64,000 bases of DNA from a virus. The position numbers and the translations under genes were made by a program. The notes under the pieces are model-generated. The model was given only the letters and a program-made list of their open reading frames with translations. It was not told the origin of the DNA and made no database searches. How positions within the stretch are numbered: the stretch's first letter is position 1; each line of letters opens with the position of its first letter. This document shows positions 62,261-64,000 of this stretch, piece by piece. The stretch lies in IMG/VR virus record IMGVR_UViG_3300009159_008629, positions 10,273-74,272 of that record. The stretch is one strand, 5' to 3'.

Positions 62261-62592
62261 GCCAGACCGAGCTTGACCACCATCCAGCTGACTGAGGATT
62301 TTTTGGCTGAGAATATGGAGAACCCCCAGTTCGAGCCATCGACCATGCCGAGATCCCTGGACAAGTGAGCCCCTCCAGCGTCGCTCGATTGGAGAAACAC
62401 GGCGTAGTCCCCGATGTTCCCCGAGGGCGCCGTAAACTCGACGGCAATTTCGCTCTCATTCATGGATTCTTTGCCGGCAGCGGCTATTTTGGGTCCGACC
62501 AGGTTCGTTATGCTCAATGGGACCTTGGACATCTCCGTGTTTCCCTTGAGCGCAGAACCATTCCCTATTCCAGTAACGCTTGAAGCACCCAT
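62257..62592 (-). CDS. Small virion protein (gp53/H-type lectin-like beta domain)
   Basis: MGASSVTGIGNGSA start; V.F....DYAVFL...GFSI...VSWMVV pattern; TACATA box and SD. Confidence 0.55.
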   Translation of the reverse strand: MGASSVTGIGNGSALKGNTEMSKVPLSITNLVGPKIAAAGKESMNESEIAVEFTAPSGNIGDYAVFLQSSDAGGAHLSRDLGMVDGSNWGFSIFSAKKSSVSWMVVKLGLA

Positions 62593-62626
62593 TTTTTCAC
62601 CTCTACAATATGTAGGCTTTGTGAAC

Positions 62627-62717
62627 AAAAAAAGACAATGCGTTTCAAATGCATTGTCTTTTTTAAATTATAAAATGAATAGGTCTGCATCTTGGAGAAA
62701 ACCAAAACGCAGACCTA
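62627..62717 (-). terminator. Two tandem hairpins, including an intrinsic terminator
   Basis: AAAAAAAGACAATGC...GCATTGTCTTTTTT (62627-62664) and TAGGTCTGC...GCAGACCTA (62680-62717). Confidence 0.75.
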
Positions 62718-62724
62718 ATTGAAA

Positions 62725-63288
62725 TTAGGAAACTGCTGCACTGAAAGGACTAGCCTCGGTTCCGTTATTCGTAAGGAATGCCTTTACGCAGAATTGACCA
62801 GAAGCAATATCTATTATCTCAAGACTATCGCCTTTAATGCCACCCTTGGTGGAGCCATCCAATGTAATGGTATCAGTGGTTGAAGTAGTCGGCCAGCCAT
62901 TTGCCGCATCGCCCTCTCCGTCATCGGCAAGAGCCAAGCCAGAAATAATGTCCGTTGCATTAGCCACTTGAATCTTGTAGCTGTTGCTGGTTACAGTGGT
63001 GTTAACATAAAACTTATAAATGTCGCCAGTTCCAGTAGCTGCCGGAAGAGTAACGACAACACCTGCTGCCCTAGTGAAAACCAAAGGAATTCCAGCCTTG
63101 CTAGAATCAATGGTTATTGTCGCAACATCAAGCACGAATGGTGCTTTCGACAACGCGTTGTTGTCGAGCTTCGCTGCGGTCACAGCATTTGGCTCGATAT
63201 TTACTGTTTTAACAGAACCATTGAGCACCAATGGCTTGATGTTTGCCGCAGAACCTTGTCCTGTTCCTTCATTAGTTGTAGCTCCCAT
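62725..63288 (-). CDS. Capsid decoration/cement-like structural protein
   Basis: VVTLPAATGTGDIYKF, DTITLDGSTKGG..GD; own TATATA box, SD AAGGAG and terminator. Confidence 0.65.
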   Translation of the reverse strand: MGATTNEGTGQGSAANIKPLVLNGSVKTVNIEPNAVTAAKLDNNALSKAPFVLDVATITIDSSKAGIPLVFTRAAGVVVTLPAATGTGDIYKFYVNTTVTSNSYKIQVANATDIISGLALADDGEGDAANGWPTTSTTDTITLDGSTKGGIKGDSLEIIDIASGQFCVKAFLTNNGTEASPFSAAVS

Positions 63289-63355
63289 AATAATCTCCTT
63301 TTGTATATAAAAAACCAATTACAATAAACTTAGCTTAACATAAAGACTAAGTTTG

Positions 63356-63392
63356 TTTGAACGGCTTCAAATATTTATTGAAGCCGTTCAAA
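63356..63392. terminator. Perfect 15-bp inverted repeat (terminator-like)
   Basis: TTTGAACGGCTTCAA-ATATTTA-TTGAAGCCGTTCAAA immediately after the stop at 63400. Confidence 0.7.
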
Positions 63393-63399
63393 AATTACA

Positions 63400-63999
63400 T
63401 TAAACAATCGCAGTTACATCCACACTCTTCCATGCACCGCCAACATAGACTTCTATGTTGCTTGTCGCTGTGTTGTAACAAAACATGCCGTTGGTTGCAG
63501 TACCAGCAGCAGCATCTCTTGCGGTAGCATTTGCATATACTGGCATGATTGGCATACTTTGAATATAAATGTGACCATTTCTACCAGAACCAGAATTAGT
63601 GCCACAAGTAAGAAACATATCGCCAGCACGATCAGTACCAACGCTATTACCAGTAGTCAAACTCAAGTCACCACCACGACCATCAACTGTGCCATTACCA
63701 GCTTTGATACGGATGTCTCCGCCTTCTAAATCTGTAGTGGCGTTTGAATTACCAGCAGTGATTTCAATGTCACCTGCATCTCCATCTCCATCTCCAGTTC
63801 CACTATTGCCACCAAGGATGTAAACACTACCAGCTTCACCAGTTTCAGCGGCATCGCCAGCTTGTAATGTAATAGAACCACCATCGCTGTCGCCAATGCC
63901 AGTAGATGCATCGCCACCATAGATGTTTACATCGCCAGCATCGCTGTTCTCAGCATTATCGGCATCACCGCCACGAATATATACCGATCCAGCGTTTGC
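63400..63999 (-). CDS. Gly-rich repeat fiber/spike protein, 5'-truncated by the window edge
   Basis: Frame is open to the window end; about 17-20 aa repeats (A/G)G(D/S)(V/I)x(I/L)x(G/A)G(D/N); C-terminal ARDA....NGMFCYNT.T..IEVYVGGAW fiber module. Confidence 0.8.
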   Translation of the reverse strand, partial: ANAGSVYIRGGDADNAENSDAGDVNIYGGDASTGIGDSDGGSITLQAGDAAETGEAGSVYILGGNSGTGDGDGDAGDIEITAGNSNATTDLEGGDIRIKAGNGTVDGRGGDLSLTTGNSVGTDRAGDMFLTCGTNSGSGRNGHIYIQSMPIMPVYANATARDAAAGTATNGMFCYNTATSNIEVYVGGAWKSVDVTAIV

Positions 64000-64000
64000 A

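Noticed and set aside
62257-63288. N-myristoylation signal in the MGA- starts
   Set aside because: Position 6 is Val/Asn rather than Ser/Thr, and a bacterial host would lack NMT
1-64000. Alternative genetic code (stop-codon reassignment)
   Set aside because: Conserved genes are full length in code 11, and TAA, TAG and TGA all terminate genes at expected positions
1-64000. CRISPR array, tRNA/rRNA genes, transposase/integrase, reverse transcriptase or DGR
   Set aside because: No spaced direct repeats, cloverleafs or matching protein motifs were seen; intergenic gaps are short

Overview
This window is an internal segment of a large (jumbo-type) T4-like myovirus genome. It uses the standard genetic code, is densely coded and switches strand often. 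It contains: (i) replication and nucleotide genes (Rad50/gp46-like ATPase, class II B12-dependent RNR, CTP synthase, resolvase, Prim-Pol); (ii) a dispersed contractile-tail and neck module (gp26-like hub/chaperone, two gp19 tubes, gp18 sheath, gp15, gp14, gp13) and a gp55-like late sigma factor; (iii) about 15 glycan genes (nine glycosyltransferase-like genes including two TPR fusions, GmhD, an epimerase, a UDP-sugar dehydrogenase, an RmlA-like nucleotidyltransferase, a eukaryote-type GNA1 and a deacetylase); (iv) host-manipulation genes (STAS anti-anti-sigma, McsA-like, MoxR/VWA, COOH-NH2 ligase and GATase-II, S8/S1/C39 proteases, one intact and one degenerate DNA methyltransferase). Signals I read directly from the sequence are: a likely -1 ribosomal frameshift joining the gp26-like gene to the next ORF; about 14 otherwise unrelated proteins sharing a T4 capsid-targeting-like N-terminus; TAnATA late-promoter boxes placed 4 nt before ATG (probably leaderless mRNAs); near-total GGCC avoidance, with most survivors at unavoidable Trp-Pro codons; a holin-like gene coupled to a subtilisin; and a candidate structured RNA. 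Several host-like genes point, by inference only, to a Planctomycetota host. All family assignments are motif recognition by eye; no searches were run.
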